Notes under the pieces: model-generated
Databases searched by the model: none
What the model saw: the letters and a program-made list of their open reading frames with translations, nothing else
Told to the model about the DNA's origin: nothing
Translations under genes and position numbers: made by a program
Source: Somniosus microcephalus
Taxonomy: Eukaryota
Assembly (NCBI GenBank): GCA_052327205.1
Contig: CM126219.1
Coordinates: 46,128,001-46,192,000 of the forward strand
Length of the DNA: 64,000 nt
Reading direction: 5' to 3'
In this document: positions 1 to 11,386 of the stretch, one piece after another
Layout of the letters: every line of letters starts with the position of its first letter
Numbering within the stretch: the first letter of the stretch is position 1

Positions 1-1137
1 CGACCGCCTGATTCCCCGCCCCGTCCGACTTTCGGACCGCCGTTTCTCCGCGACCCGCTTCAGTCCCGGCCGCCGCTGGCGGGGCTGGTCGTCGGCACAC
101 TAATGACCAATAATTACCTTGTTGAAGTAGATTTTCCGGGGCCGTTGCGACTTTGGGGCTTTCCCCACATCAAACACGCCTGCGGGGAACCCCGCTAATG
201 AGAGTTGGCGTGAAGCTTGCCGGCTTGCTTGCTGTCAGCTGCAGGTCAATTGGAGAAGCTGCGATTTAAAGGGACAGCACTTGTATGTTGAAGGACCTTG
301 TTGTTGCAGGTTTGGGGCTACTTCTTCAAGGCTTAGGCACAGCTGTGGAAGGTTGGAGCCTCACACATTTCTCCAATGCGATCTCCTGGGAAGCCCCTCT
401 CGCCACCCTCACTCAGCGCTTCCTCAGTGGAGGCATCTACGAGAAGCATGGGACGCCTTTTGTTCCTTCCCTTATTGCCATTAGAGGATCTCCAGCAGCA
501 GAGGTGGCAGCAGCAGAACCAGGAACAGCAGGATCAGCAACAGGAGCACCAGGCTGCTGCTCACTCACCTGAAGCTGCACAGGCCAGAAGGGGCCAACAC
601 TTGGAAGTGGCTTGAGAACACCTTGCTGCACTTTAGGGGGCCATGAGGACCCGTTTCTGCACTGGCAGTCCTACTCAGAAGGACTTCCATGAAGATCTGG
701 TTTCTCTGTTCAACAGATGGCCAACGCTCCTCAAGAGATGTCATTCTCTTATGAGCACTCACCATGTTTTCCGTACCCTGGCGAGTTATCTCCTCCATGG
801 AGGTTGCCAACCTTTCCATGGTGATGCGTACATGTGCCAATGACTCCACAAAGGCTCTGCTCATGGTCGCTATGGACTCCTCGGCCCCGATTTTCGGCTT
901 GTGTGGGAAATGGTCGGGTTTCCCCGAATGTGGGGTTTCTGACACACATAAAAAAGTGTCAGCCAGCTCCATGCAATTTTCCCTCAAGTGGCCAATTAAT
1001 TCCCAGCATGTGGGAAGCCTTGCTAATTGTCGAATTCGAGTCAGAAATCCCCACAGTATGATGTCATCATTCGTGGTGCTTTCAAGGTCCATAGCAAGCA
1101 CTGCATCCTCTGAAGGCTTACAAACGAACCATACAGG

Positions 1138-1371
1138 ATGGCAGAGGAGCCTGCAGCAGCTGTGGCCAGTGCCAGACCCCGAGCTGCCTTCAAATTCGAC
1201 GAGGCTTCACTGCAGGCATTATTGGATGGGGTTAGGGCCCACAGGGAGGTCCTCTTCCCTAGGTCAGGGAGGAAGAGGCCTCCCACTGAGACCAATGCTG
1301 CATGGGTGCAGGTGTCAGCAGATGCCAACTCGCTGGGAGTCACCAGAAGAACCTTGGCATTACATCTCTAA
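1138..1371 (+). pseudogene. Truncated Myb/SANT-like DNA-binding protein (Harbinger second ORF), exon 1 remnant
   Basis: RPRAAFKFDEASLQALLDGVRAHREVLFP...AWVQVSADANSLGVTRRT fits the Myb_DNA-bind_5 pattern. It breaks before the C-x-K-x-W/F helix and joins an intron 3' end (ctaac...ccccacag). Confidence 0.75.
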
Positions 1372-1394
1372 CTCCTTCCTTTACTCCCCCACAG

Positions 1395-2121
1395 TACCAT
1401 CCAGAGCCCCCGTCCTCACTGTGGAGGATGAAGAGGCTGTGCAGCCAGACTCCTCAGAGGAAGCTCCAACCTCTGAGGGCACAGCGTCAGCAGAAGTAAG
1501 CGCACCCAGCACCAGCGCAGACACTCACACCTCGGGGGGACCTTCGGGACACAGAGTAGTGTTGTCACCTGGTGTTTCACAGCTCACAAGTGAGCCTCAG
1601 CAGATTCTGGAGACAGGGACAGCGACAGCAGTGGAGAGTCCTCATCGGAGGGCGCAGGACACTGCCAGCTCAGCTCAGCTACGCTGCATGTCGACCCTCT
1701 GCCTCTGGGTCCATCCGCAAGAGAAGAGGTGATGGATCTCCATGCACAGATGCAGGAGTCTCTGGCAGGTTTTGTCTCCAGGGTCGCTGCGAGTGTGGAG
1801 CGAATGGAGGAGTCCATAGCGACCATGAGCAGAGCCTTTGTGGAGTCATTGGCGCATGAACGCATCACCATGGAAAGGTTGGCAACCTCCATGGAGATAA
1901 CTCGCCAGGGTACGGAAAACATGGTGAGTGCTCATAAGAGAATGATATCTCTTGAGGAGCGTTGGCCATCTGTTGAACAGAGAAACCAGATCTTCATGGA
2001 AGTTCTTCTGAGTAGGACTGCCAGTGCAGAAACGGGTCCCCATGGCCCCCTAAAGCGCAGCAAGGTGCTCTCAAGCCACTTCCAAGCGTTGGCCCCTTCT
2101 GGCCTGTGCAGCTTCAGGTGA
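1395..2121 (+). pseudogene. Downstream exon remnant of the Harbinger Myb protein (acidic S/T/E-rich linker plus coiled-coil), frameshifted
   Basis: After the acceptor at ~1394 reads VPSRAPVLTVEDEEAVQPDSSEE...; a second frame (1729..2121) gives heptad-like VERMEESIATMSRAFVESLAHERITMERLATSME. Confidence 0.55.
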
Positions 2122-3197
2122 GTGAGCAGCAGCCTGGTGCTCCTGTTGCTGATCCTGCTGTTCCTGGTTCTGCTTCTGCTGCCTCTGCAGCTGGAGATCC
2201 TCTAATGGCAAGAAGGGAAGGGAAAAAAGGCGTCCCATGCTTCTCATACATGCCTCCGCTGAGGAAGCGCTGAGTGAGGGTGGCGAGAGGAGCTTCCCAG
2301 GAGATCGCATTGGAGAAGTGTATGAGGCTCCAACCTTCCACAGCTGTGCCTAAGCCTTGAAGAAGTAGCCCCAAATCTGCAACAACAAGGTCCTTCAACA
2401 TACAAGTGCTGTCCCTTTAAATCGCAGCTTCTCCATTGACCTGCAGCTGACAGCAAGCAAGCCGGCAAGCTTCACGCCAGCTCTCAGCAGCGGGGTTCCC
2501 CACAGGCGGGTTTGATGTGGGGAAGGCCCCAAAGTTGCAACAGCCCCGGAGAAACTACCTCAACAAGCTGGTAATTGCTTATTAGTGCTCCGACGACCAG
2601 TCCCGCCAGCGGCGGCCGGGACTGAAGCGGGGCACGGGGAAACGGCTGTCTGAAAGTCGGACGGGGCGGGGAATCAGGCAGGGGGGGGTCCCGACCCACT
2701 TTTTCGCTGATTTTTGGCCCCCGGCCGCATGAAAAGCCGCCCGACGGCGGCCAGAAAATTGACCCCCTCCATTCGCTCCACACTCGCAGCAACCCTGGAG
2801 ACAAAACCTGCCAGGGACTCCTGCATCTGTGCATGGAGATCTATCACCTCTTCTTTTGCGGATGGACCCAGAGGCAGAGGGTCGACATGCAGCGCAGCTG
2901 AACTGAGCTGGCAGTGTCTTGCGCCCTCCGACGAGGACTCTCCACTGCTGTCCCTGTCTCCAGTATCTGCTGAGGCTCACTTTTGAGCTGTGAAACACCA
3001 GGTGACAACACTACTCTATGTCCCGAAGGACCCCCGAGGTGTGAGTGTCTGCGCTGGTGCTGGGTGCGCTTACTTCTGCTGACGCTGTGCCCTCAGAGGT
3101 TGGAGCTTCCTCTGAGGAGTCTGGCTGCACAGCCTCTTCCTCCTCCACAGTGAGGACGGGGGCTCTGGATGGTACTGTGGGGGAGTAAAGGAAGGAG

Positions 3198-3431
3198 TTA
3201 GAGATGTAATGCCAAGGTTCTTCTGGTGACTCCCAGCGAGTTGGCATCTGCTGACACCTGCATCCATGCAGCATTGGTCTCAGTGGGAGGCCTCTTCCTC
3301 CCTGACCTAGGGAAGAGGACCTCCCTGTGGGCCCTAACCCCATCCAATAATGCCTGCAGTGAAGCCTCGTCGAATTTGAAGGCAGCTCGGGGTCTGGCAC
3401 TGGCCACAGCTGCTGCAGGCTCCTCTGCCAT
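3198..3431 (-). pseudogene. Myb/SANT-like remnant in the host copy
   Basis: 77-aa ORF differing from 1138..1371 at one residue (V/M), with the same truncation. Confidence 0.75.
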
Positions 3432-3724
3432 CCTGTATGGTTCGTTTGGAAGCCTTCAGAGAATGCAGTGCTTGCTATGGACCTTGAAAGCACCACGAAT
3501 GATGACATCATACTGTGGGGATTTCTGACTCAAATTGAACAATTAGCAAGGCTTCCCACATGCTGGGAATTAATTGGCCACTTGAGGGAAAATTGCATGG
3601 AGTTGGCTGACACTTTTTTATGTGTGTCAGAAACCCCACATTCGGGGAAACCCGACCATTCCCCACACAAGCCGAAAAGCTCTTAGGAATCTTGATCCCA
3701 CTTAACTATTGCTGACATTTAATA

Positions 3725-4467
3725 GAAAGAAGGAAAGAACATGCATTTTTATAGTGCCTTTCACAACCTCACGATGTCCAAATGCACTTTACAGCCAATG
3801 AAGTACTTTTGGAGTGTAGTCACTGTTGTAATGTAGGAAATGTAGCAGCCAATTTGCACACAGCAAAATCCCACAATCTGCTATAAGATAATGACCACAT
3901 AATCTGTTTTAGTGATGTTGGTTGAGGGATAAATATTAGCTAAGACACCGGGGAGAACTCCCCTGTTCTTCATAGAAATAGTGCCATGGGATCTTTTACG
4001 CCACCTGAGAGGGCAGATGGGGGCCTCGGTTTAACGTCACATCCGAAAGACAACACCTCCCTCAGTACTGCACTTAAATATCAGCTGGATTATGTGCTCA
4101 GGTTTTTTTTAAATTCATTCATGGGATGTGGATGTCGCTGGCAAGGCCAGCATTTATTGCCCATCCATAATCGCTCTTGAGAAGGTGGTGGTGAGCCACC
4201 TTCTTGAACCACTGCAGTCCATGTAGTGAAGGTACTCCCACAGTGCTGTTCGGGAGGGAGTTCCAGGATTTTGACCTAGCGACGATCGGTGATATATTTC
4301 TAAGTCAGGATGGTGTGTGACTTAGAGGGGAACTTGGAGGTGGTGGTGTTCCCATGCGCCTGCTGCCCTTGTCCTTCTAGGTGGAAGAGGTCGTGGGTTT
4401 AGAAGGTGCTTTCTGGAGTAGGACTTGAACCCACAACCTTCTGACTCCGACACCGAGCCAAGGCTGA
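3725..4467 (-). mobile_element. tRNA-derived Deu-domain SINE (SacSINE1-like), interrupted by a LINE fragment
   Basis: tRNA-like head, central ...atttatccctcaaccaacatcactaaaacagattat..., and L2-type tail; the same consensus recurs many times in the window. Confidence 0.8.
4102..4410 (-). mobile_element. 3' end of a non-LTR LINE (CR1/L2 superclade, family distinct from the other CR1s)
   Basis: Minus strand encodes SKSWNSLPNSTVGVP...LQWFKKVAHHHLLKS, a typical LINE ORF2 C-terminus, followed by an A-rich tail. Confidence 0.65.
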
Positions 4468-7313
4468 CACCAGTTCCTCAGAAAAAGAATGTAGGCTGTT
4501 GTAAAGTGCTTTTGTACAGTAGCAGAAATCCATGACTTGACTATTCAGCAACTAAACCAGCAATCCCACTTCTATACTATAAACTCTGTTCTCGGTTCTA
4601 TAGTGTATCATAAATATGAGGTAAAATTGTGCTTTACTCAAAATACAATTGTTTTCTTCACTGTAGTCTTCAATATCTTATGGCCAGTAGTTATGTTCAG
4701 CGGAGCATACAGTTTTTAGACTGTTTGTTTGGCAGAATTAGTCTATGGAAAATGAATACTCAATGAAGCGAATAAACATCCTTGAAACAGCAGTTGATTA
4801 CCACATGTTTCTGTTTTCAACAAAAGCAACTGGAATCAGTTTTATGAATAAAATATGACCGGAAAGAACACTCATAACTATCAAGGAAATTTTCAATAGG
4901 ACAAGACAATTCGTTAACCAGTAACACTCAACGGTGTTTGTTTAATTTTGCACCATTCATGATTTATTAGTTTTATGGGCATTGGCATTATCTGAGCAGA
5001 TGTAGTTATAAGATTGTCACACACGTGTCTCCAGAATTCTTGAACTCTGAGATAATACAGTAATAAAGGTTACGGCACTGTGTGATGTTTTGGAACTGAG
5101 GGCAGATTGCTGGCTAAAATCCAAGCATAGCAAATCTCTTCAGCAATCTGCTCTCAATCCCAAAGCACCAGAGATATTTTTAAATGACAGATCCAAAGTG
5201 AAAAATCCTATTAACTTAGTGTTAAACAAAACCCTTTTTCTTGTCACACAATTCCTATGATCAAAAATAGTTTGATTATCACGCTGTAAACTGTTCCCTC
5301 TGCTTATTACAACTTAAGTATAGAACCAGCAAAGAAATAGTGACCTCGGTAAGCCCAAGGGATTTCCAGAAGTCCGTAGGCAAGTTGCATTGTAAATATT
5401 CTCAGTGAAAGGCACGTGTATCTAAAATGAAATGTGAGTTGACTCCAACAAAATCTCAGGTTTTTAATAACCTTTATTTTTGGCAATACCTTTGCTATCA
5501 AGAATTACGATGTTGCAGAATTCTGTCATGCTCCCAGATCTGTTTTTCTATGTGTTGTTTTTTTTATATTCCCAGGCCCTGAAATGAATGTACAACTAAT
5601 TAATATATTAGTTTGAAATTCCTTTCTGCACTGTTTTAGCAGACATGTCGACGCATTTATTTTAAATGGACTAACTCCTTTGCTAAAATAATAGAGAAAT
5701 TTCAGACAAATGCTTTGCGCATTCCTAAACTAATATCACATAGTACCACTTTACGCCTACATGGTGAGATGTTTTACATTAAGTTCATTAATTTTAAGCA
5801 TTAATGAACAAAAATATTTGGTTTATTTAGCCAATGTCAGTAGAATCATGCCAACTAACACTTTTGACATCCTGGGGAGTGAGCAAAGTGACAGAATTCT
5901 GTATCTCTCCCACTTACTTTTAGACTGAAGAGTTCAGTTGTTGTTTCATTACTTCTGCTGTCCCTGCAGTTATTTACCTGCAGAAGTTCACCCACAGACT
6001 GCTGCTGGAGACTGGGTGGGCAGCTCTGTTTTCCTTTCCTTTTATGCATCTTGATGAGAGACAATACCCCCAGTCGGTTAGGATTGTCATTCACTTAAAA
6101 GAACCGCAGTCTCTGAATTCTTTTAGCAGATTGGGTTCACTTGTGGTTTGAGGAATTTTTATTTTGGGTTTACACACCATTTTACGACACAGGGATCTTG
6201 TTTGTGGATGATTCTACTTGGGGAACGACTAAAATTCAGCAGCTGTTTTCAATAGGTTTTGCATTAAACACTGAAGAACTTGGAGAGAGCAGACACTTCA
6301 TACACATATTTAAGATTCCACATTAAAAGGATTAAAATATAGCTAATTAACTTGTCGTAAAGGACAATGCACCTTATTTAACAGCTTCCTCAATGTATGT
6401 CCAAAGCTTACATTTAATGAGTTCTTAATGGCCAATAAAAGTCTATGCGGCATTTTGTTCTTAATTGCTGTTTTAAAAAAAGTTGTGGAATTGTTGGGAG
6501 CCATTTTTCCTTGAATATCATATTGCTAGGGAGCTGCACCAAGACCCAGACAGCCTAGGTTATAAAACTTTCTCTGTTAAGGGAGTTTTTTTTTAATGAT
6601 TGGTTGATGAATGAAGGCAGAAGGAAAAAAGCTGGGCGCACCGCACAATCTAATTAATTTCCTGGGAAGCACGAAACAAGGTCATCTCTTGGCATAAAAG
6701 AGTCAGCTATCAAATTGACAATAGTAAAACTGAAAACAATTGGAGGACAAGAGTTTTAATCATTAAAGCATCACTTGCAGCATTTTTTTTCTGCTAACCA
6801 TATGGAATTTCTGTTTATTCAAAAGGTTAAAGGTTAATATTTTCCAGAAGATAAAGTCCAATTACAATGGTCTAGAGGGATGAACTTTGAGATCCTTTGA
6901 GGATTGATTCAGGCTGGGTCAAACTTTACCAAACTTTTGTTCATTCAAGTCAGTTTGGAGTCGACTCAGGTGTTGGCTCTGATAACACTTGACTTACTTT
7001 CTGCTCCAATTCATTGAAGCATAAAAAAATCCAATTCCAAACTTTGGATTCAGGTTCCAAAATATTGAGATTCTAATTGTATTTCTACTTCGAACTTGAA
7101 TTCAAGTTCAGATTTCCCTTGAGGGTTCTTCTTTTGTGTTTAGGTCGAAAGATGCATGTTCCTATAGTGTAATATTTTTATTTGAAAGAATGTGTTGATA
7201 AATGAATATAATTTTACAATTTTTAATGGTCTGTCATAGATGCCTGCTCAGGTTCACTGACAACAGTCACTACCATAAACTGCTTCCATGCCCCTCACGT
7301 TTACACTGCCCGA

Positions 7314-7387
7314 TATCTACTTATATGATAGTGTCCCACTTGATAGTGTCCCTCCTTTATCTACTTATATATGATAGTGTCCCCCTT
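7314..7387. repeat. Short imperfect tandem duplication
   Basis: tatctacttatatgatagtgtccc occurs twice with an extra tgatagtgtccc between. Confidence 0.7.
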
Positions 7388-7726
7388 ACGAACTAGACAT
7401 GCACTCACGTATGCTTCTCTAAGCTTTCTGAAGGTGAATCAAGAAAAGACTTGGCAAAATGAGGCCAAAACAAAACATTATGCTGTTTATTTCTTATATA
7501 GAAAGAGAACAAACAGCTTATTTCGCAGACAGCAAGTGACCATATAGAGCAACAGTTATGATCAGACTCAATTAATTCAACTAATACAATTTGTTTCTTT
7601 CTATAATAATCCAAAATAATGAATATGCTGCACTTCCCCACATCAGTGAGTTGTCCTGATGGACTTAAACAAAATAAATACCTTCCTGCATTTTAACATC
7701 CTGAGTCTGGTGAAAACCTACACTAA

Positions 7727-7811
7727 AGGAAAGAAAACGCTTGCATTAATATAGCGCCTTTCAGGGCCTCAGGACATCCCAAAGCGCTTTACCGGCAATT
7801 AAATACTTTTG
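7727..7811 (-). mobile_element. Deu-SINE/L2-type 3' tail fragment
   Basis: aaagaaaacgcttgcattaatatagcgcctttca...aaagcgcttt matches the tail of the full-length copies. Confidence 0.65.
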
Positions 7812-8254
7812 ACGGTTTAATGTCTTGTCCCAAAGAATTTGCTGTTTAAAAACCTGAGTGTGCTTCTGTCCATTTTTAAAAAATCTCCCTGTATTCACAA
7901 CTGGAGGCCTATGCCAGACAACCCCTGCTGGGCATTAAGACGAGGGAATTCCCAACACAATGGATGTGAGGTGTTTATCAATTACCGAGACAGGCTGACA
8001 AATTGCTCTCTGACGAAATGTTTAGATTAAGCTTTCGAGATTGTAAAACTCAATTTACAGCAACACTACACCACCATATAATTTGAGACATGCTATACTG
8101 TGAGCATGTATTTTTTAATGTTCATTTTGAACCCCATTCTGCATTAAAATCAGTGCCATTCTACCTTACTAAATACCTCACTTCATGGTTTGGCCATGTT
8201 TTATACCCATCTTATATACTGTTAAATGAGCTTAATTTGGACTTGTCTTCTGCA

Positions 8255-8365
8255 GGTTGTGTAGCTTAGTTGGTTGAGCACTGTACTTGGGATCAGAGAG
8301 TTATAAATCTCAGCAGGGTTCGCTCAGTCTTTCATCTTTCTGAAGAGGGTTAGTAAGTACTGCTT
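8255..8365 (+). mobile_element. Old tRNA-derived SINE fragment
   Basis: A-box-like tagcttagttggttgagc followed by ctcagtctttcatctttctga; degraded. Confidence 0.35.
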
Positions 8366-9007
8366 CGTAGGATGTAGAAATAAAACAGGAGACTGCGAGG
8401 ACTGAGCAGCGTCTGCCGCACTGTTGGAATATCACCTGGCGGTTTGGCAATGGATCAGTGCCCCACCCAACAGGCATTTCATTCCTAAAGGAGACTGACC
8501 TCTGCAGATAATCTCTTGCTTGTCATATTGAATCAGAAGTATTTTGAAAACATGAGAGTAAAAGCTCTTTCAAGCTTTCATTAATAATTGTTTTGTTTTT
8601 TTAAATTTCCACTGCGTTTGATCATGACTATCTGCAAACATTTGTCAATCCAGACAATTAAAGAACAAGCATTACTATCTGTAAGCTGTTGTCATCACCT
8701 GTGACAAGAGATTAATCTATCTGGGAGAGTCCCAATTTATACAGGCAACTTCTTTTAAATGAACACCTATTAAATGTGTGCCTCATTTAACCAGATTTTT
8801 TGTACAAACCAACCTTGCCTCCATTGATTTGAATGGAAGCCTGTTCTGTAGTGAACAATAATAAGCATCATTGACTTAATATTTTGTACCCTATACTTTC
8901 AAGGCATACTTAAGCAGCATGACAATGGCATATTCTCACTGCACTAAATATTACTCGGAATACTGTTCATTGACACTGATCAGTTAAACAGTTGAGACAC
9001 TTTATTG

Positions 9008-9040
9008 GAGAGAGGGAGAGAGAGAGAGAGCGAGGAAGAG
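9008..9040. repeat. (GA)n microsatellite
   Basis: Direct reading of the sequence. Confidence 0.8.
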
Positions 9041-9624
9041 AAATTTCAATTTAGAAGTATATTTATTTCAGATTCAATATGGTTTGAATAAACATTTACA
9101 GGTGGCAATAAACTATTCTAATTAATTATTTTCTTCTTTCATAGAGTTTTTATGCATGATTAGTCTTTTAACAGGTACCAGGTGTGCGCTTAAACAGCCC
9201 ATTAATAGTTTAATGCTCTTTAGCAAGTCTCAGATGTGCCAGGTGTTTTTGTTAACAAATTTTATATGTCTGTGTTTCCAGTAACAGGTTCCGTGTGTAT
9301 CCACTATGCTATTGATAGCCCACTGACACTGTCTACCAATTTGTTGTGTAAAAAGTGTGCTTTAAGTATTATCGCTGCCATTTTACATTGGCCCCAAAGA
9401 TCCCCTCCATCCGCACTTCTGATCAGTGCCACATTTGCGGGGAAGGGAGTTAAAAATCTTCTCTTGTGTCCTATGGTCTGTAAATTGATTGTTCTCAAGT
9501 GCCCTTTTATCATCTGTTGGCTTGCGGAGGAAGGACATTGTGAAGGTTGAATCCACTGGCAAAGTTATACCAAAAGCATTTTTTTTCTCCTTTTCCCTCC
9601 TAAAGTTCTCCCAAGTGTCCTGAC

Positions 9625-10292
9625 CAATAGTTCTCCCTCAACCAACATCGCTAAAACATATTATTTGGTCATCGTCACATTGCTGATTGTGGGATCATGC
9701 TATGCACAAATTGGCTGCCATGTTTCCTACATTACCAGACTGATTCCTGGGATTGGGGGATTGTCCTATGAGGAGAGATTGAGTAGACTAGGCCCATATT
9801 CTCTGGAGTTTAGAAGAATGAGAGGTGATCTCATTGAAATGTACAAAATTCTTACAGGGCTTGACAGGGTAGATGCAAGGAGGATGTTTCCCCTGTCTGG
9901 GGAGTCTAGAACCAGGGGTCACAGTCTCAGATTAAGGAGTTGGCCATTTAGGACTGAAATGAGGAGAAATGTCTTCACTCAGATTGTGGTGAATCTTTGG
10001 AATTCTCTACCCCAGAGAGCTGCGGAGGTTCAGTCATTGCGCATATTCAAGACAGAGAGCGATAGATTTTTGGATATTAAAGGAATCAAGGGATAAGGGG
10101 ATAGTGCAGGAAAGTGGAGATCAGGTAGAAGATCATCCATGATCTTATTGAATGGCGGAGCAGGCGCGAGGGGCCGAATGGCCTACTCCTGCTCCTATTT
10201 CTTATGTTCTTATTACAACAGTGACTACACTTCATAAGTACTTCATTGGTTGTAAAGAGCTTTTGGACATCCTGAGGTCGTGAAACATGCTA
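9625..10292 (+). mobile_element. Deu-SINE 3' half interrupted by CR1
   Basis: SINE consensus cctacattac|...|attacaacagtgactacac resumes after the CR1. Confidence 0.8.
9736..10211 (+). mobile_element. CR1 LINE 3' fragment
   Basis: GLSYEERLSRLGPYSLEFRRMRGDLIEMYKIL...FTQIVVNLWNSLP is the CR1 ORF2 C-terminus; tail cctactcctgctcctatttcttatgttctt. Confidence 0.92.
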
Positions 10293-10324
10293 TATAAATG
10301 CAAATTCTTTTTTGAAGAAGTCAA

Positions 10325-10670
10325 CTCCTTTCTGTTATATGGTTCCATGCCCTCCAGTACCTCATCCAACTGACCTCCATGTGCGAGTCTTGACAGTGGG
10401 CGTCAGGAGGTTATGCCCACTGTGGGCATAATAGCCAAGCCTGGCCCTGTTGTCACCCAAGATTCAGACATATACATTTCCAGCAGTATTATGATCAGAG
10501 GTGAACCCCTTGGCTGATTTTCCTTTCCTTAACCCAGGAACATGAAGGCAAATTATATCCTAGCTCCAGTTAAGATCAGTTAAGCAAAAACTCAGGATTG
10601 AACATGGGATATTGCTGATCTGTACAACTAAGCTACTCACCGGACAAACTTGCTGAGCCATCGGAGGGGA
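10325..10670 (-). mobile_element. Ancient tRNA-derived SINE (family not named here)
   Basis: Shares gaaaatcagcc, ctggaaatgt, gtggaacc and a B-box-like ggttcaatcc with 12870..13255, 47740..47990 and 55700..55850. Confidence 0.55.
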
Positions 10671-10924
10671 GTTGACTATATTGTATTTTGCCATCAGTAT
10701 TTAATTGGGTTACTAACGAGGTTGAAAGGTTATAATGATATAAATTCAATACCATTATCATACCAGTATAACCATTGCAGTGCTAACACAATAAAATTGT
10801 AGAACTCTAACAGACATTAAATGCATTTTTTTCAGTATATCAAAAATGTAGAAAAATAGCTATCCACCTAAGAGGAGTAACGTAAGACTTCACTAATTAT
10901 TGGAGAAACAAGCGTAAAAGAAAA

Positions 10925-11386
10925 GCTTTGGAGAGGGTATAGAAGAGATTTACTAGTATGGTTCTAGGGATGAGGGATTACAGTTACGCGGATAGACTGG
11001 AGAAGCTGGGGTTGTTCTCCATAGAGCAGAGAAGGCGAAGAGGAGATTTGATAGAGGTGTTCAAAATCATGAGGGGTCTAGACAGAGTAAATAAAGAGAA
11101 ACTGTTTTCAATGGCTAAAGGGTCGATAACCAGAGGGCACAGATTTAAGGTGATTGGCAAAAGAACCAGAGGCGACATGAGGGAAAACCTTTTTACATAT
11201 TGAGTGGTTAGGATTTGGAATGCACTGCCTGATAGGGTGGGGGATACAGATTCAATAGTAGCCTTCAAAAGAGAATTGGATAAATAATTGAAGGAGAAAG
11301 AATTGCAGGGATATGGGGAAAGAGCAGGGGAGTGGGACTAACTGGTTTGCTCTTCGAAAGAGCCGGCGCAGACTCGATGGGCCGAG
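10925..11386 (+). mobile_element. CR1 LINE 3' fragment
   Basis: MRDYSYADRLEKLGLFSIEQRRRRGDLIEVFKIMRGLDRV...RGHRFKV followed by a CR1 3' UTR. Confidence 0.92.

Larger units (their letters stand above)
883..2766 (+). mobile_element. Non-autonomous Harbinger/PIF-like DNA transposon (inner copy)
   Basis: Imperfect TIRs GGCCCCGATTTTC / GAAAATTGACCCC; 3-bp TSD CTC at 880..882 and 2767..2769; carries a Myb/SANT-like ORF remnant. Confidence 0.85.
1..3678 (-). mobile_element. Host copy of the same Harbinger-like element, split into 1..882 and 2767..3678
   Basis: 1..882 is the reverse complement of ~1807..2685 and 2767..3678 of ~891..1810. Joining the halves restores gctatggactcctccattcg. One end runs off the window; the other has lost its terminal ~8 nt. 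Confidence 0.85.

Noticed and set aside
565-1101. 178-aa minus-strand ORF
   Set aside because: It fuses the inner element's terminal non-coding DNA to the host's coiled-coil remnant, an artefact of the nesting.
764-1732. 322-aa ORF, the longest in the window
   Set aside because: It is a chimeric frame crossing the host/insert junction at 882/883. Only its distal part matches the transposon Myb exon remnant.
5307-5501. Possible LGR exon 3 (a frame here reads LRTSGNPL)
   Set aside because: No 72-nt phase 2-2 exon, poor donor, and no LRR spacing afterwards.
6998-7072. 75-nt minus-strand exon-like stretch with a gtaagt donor
   Set aside because: Acceptor lacks a pyrimidine tract, the open frame is phase 0 (incompatible with the LRR exons), and the peptide is unrecognisable.
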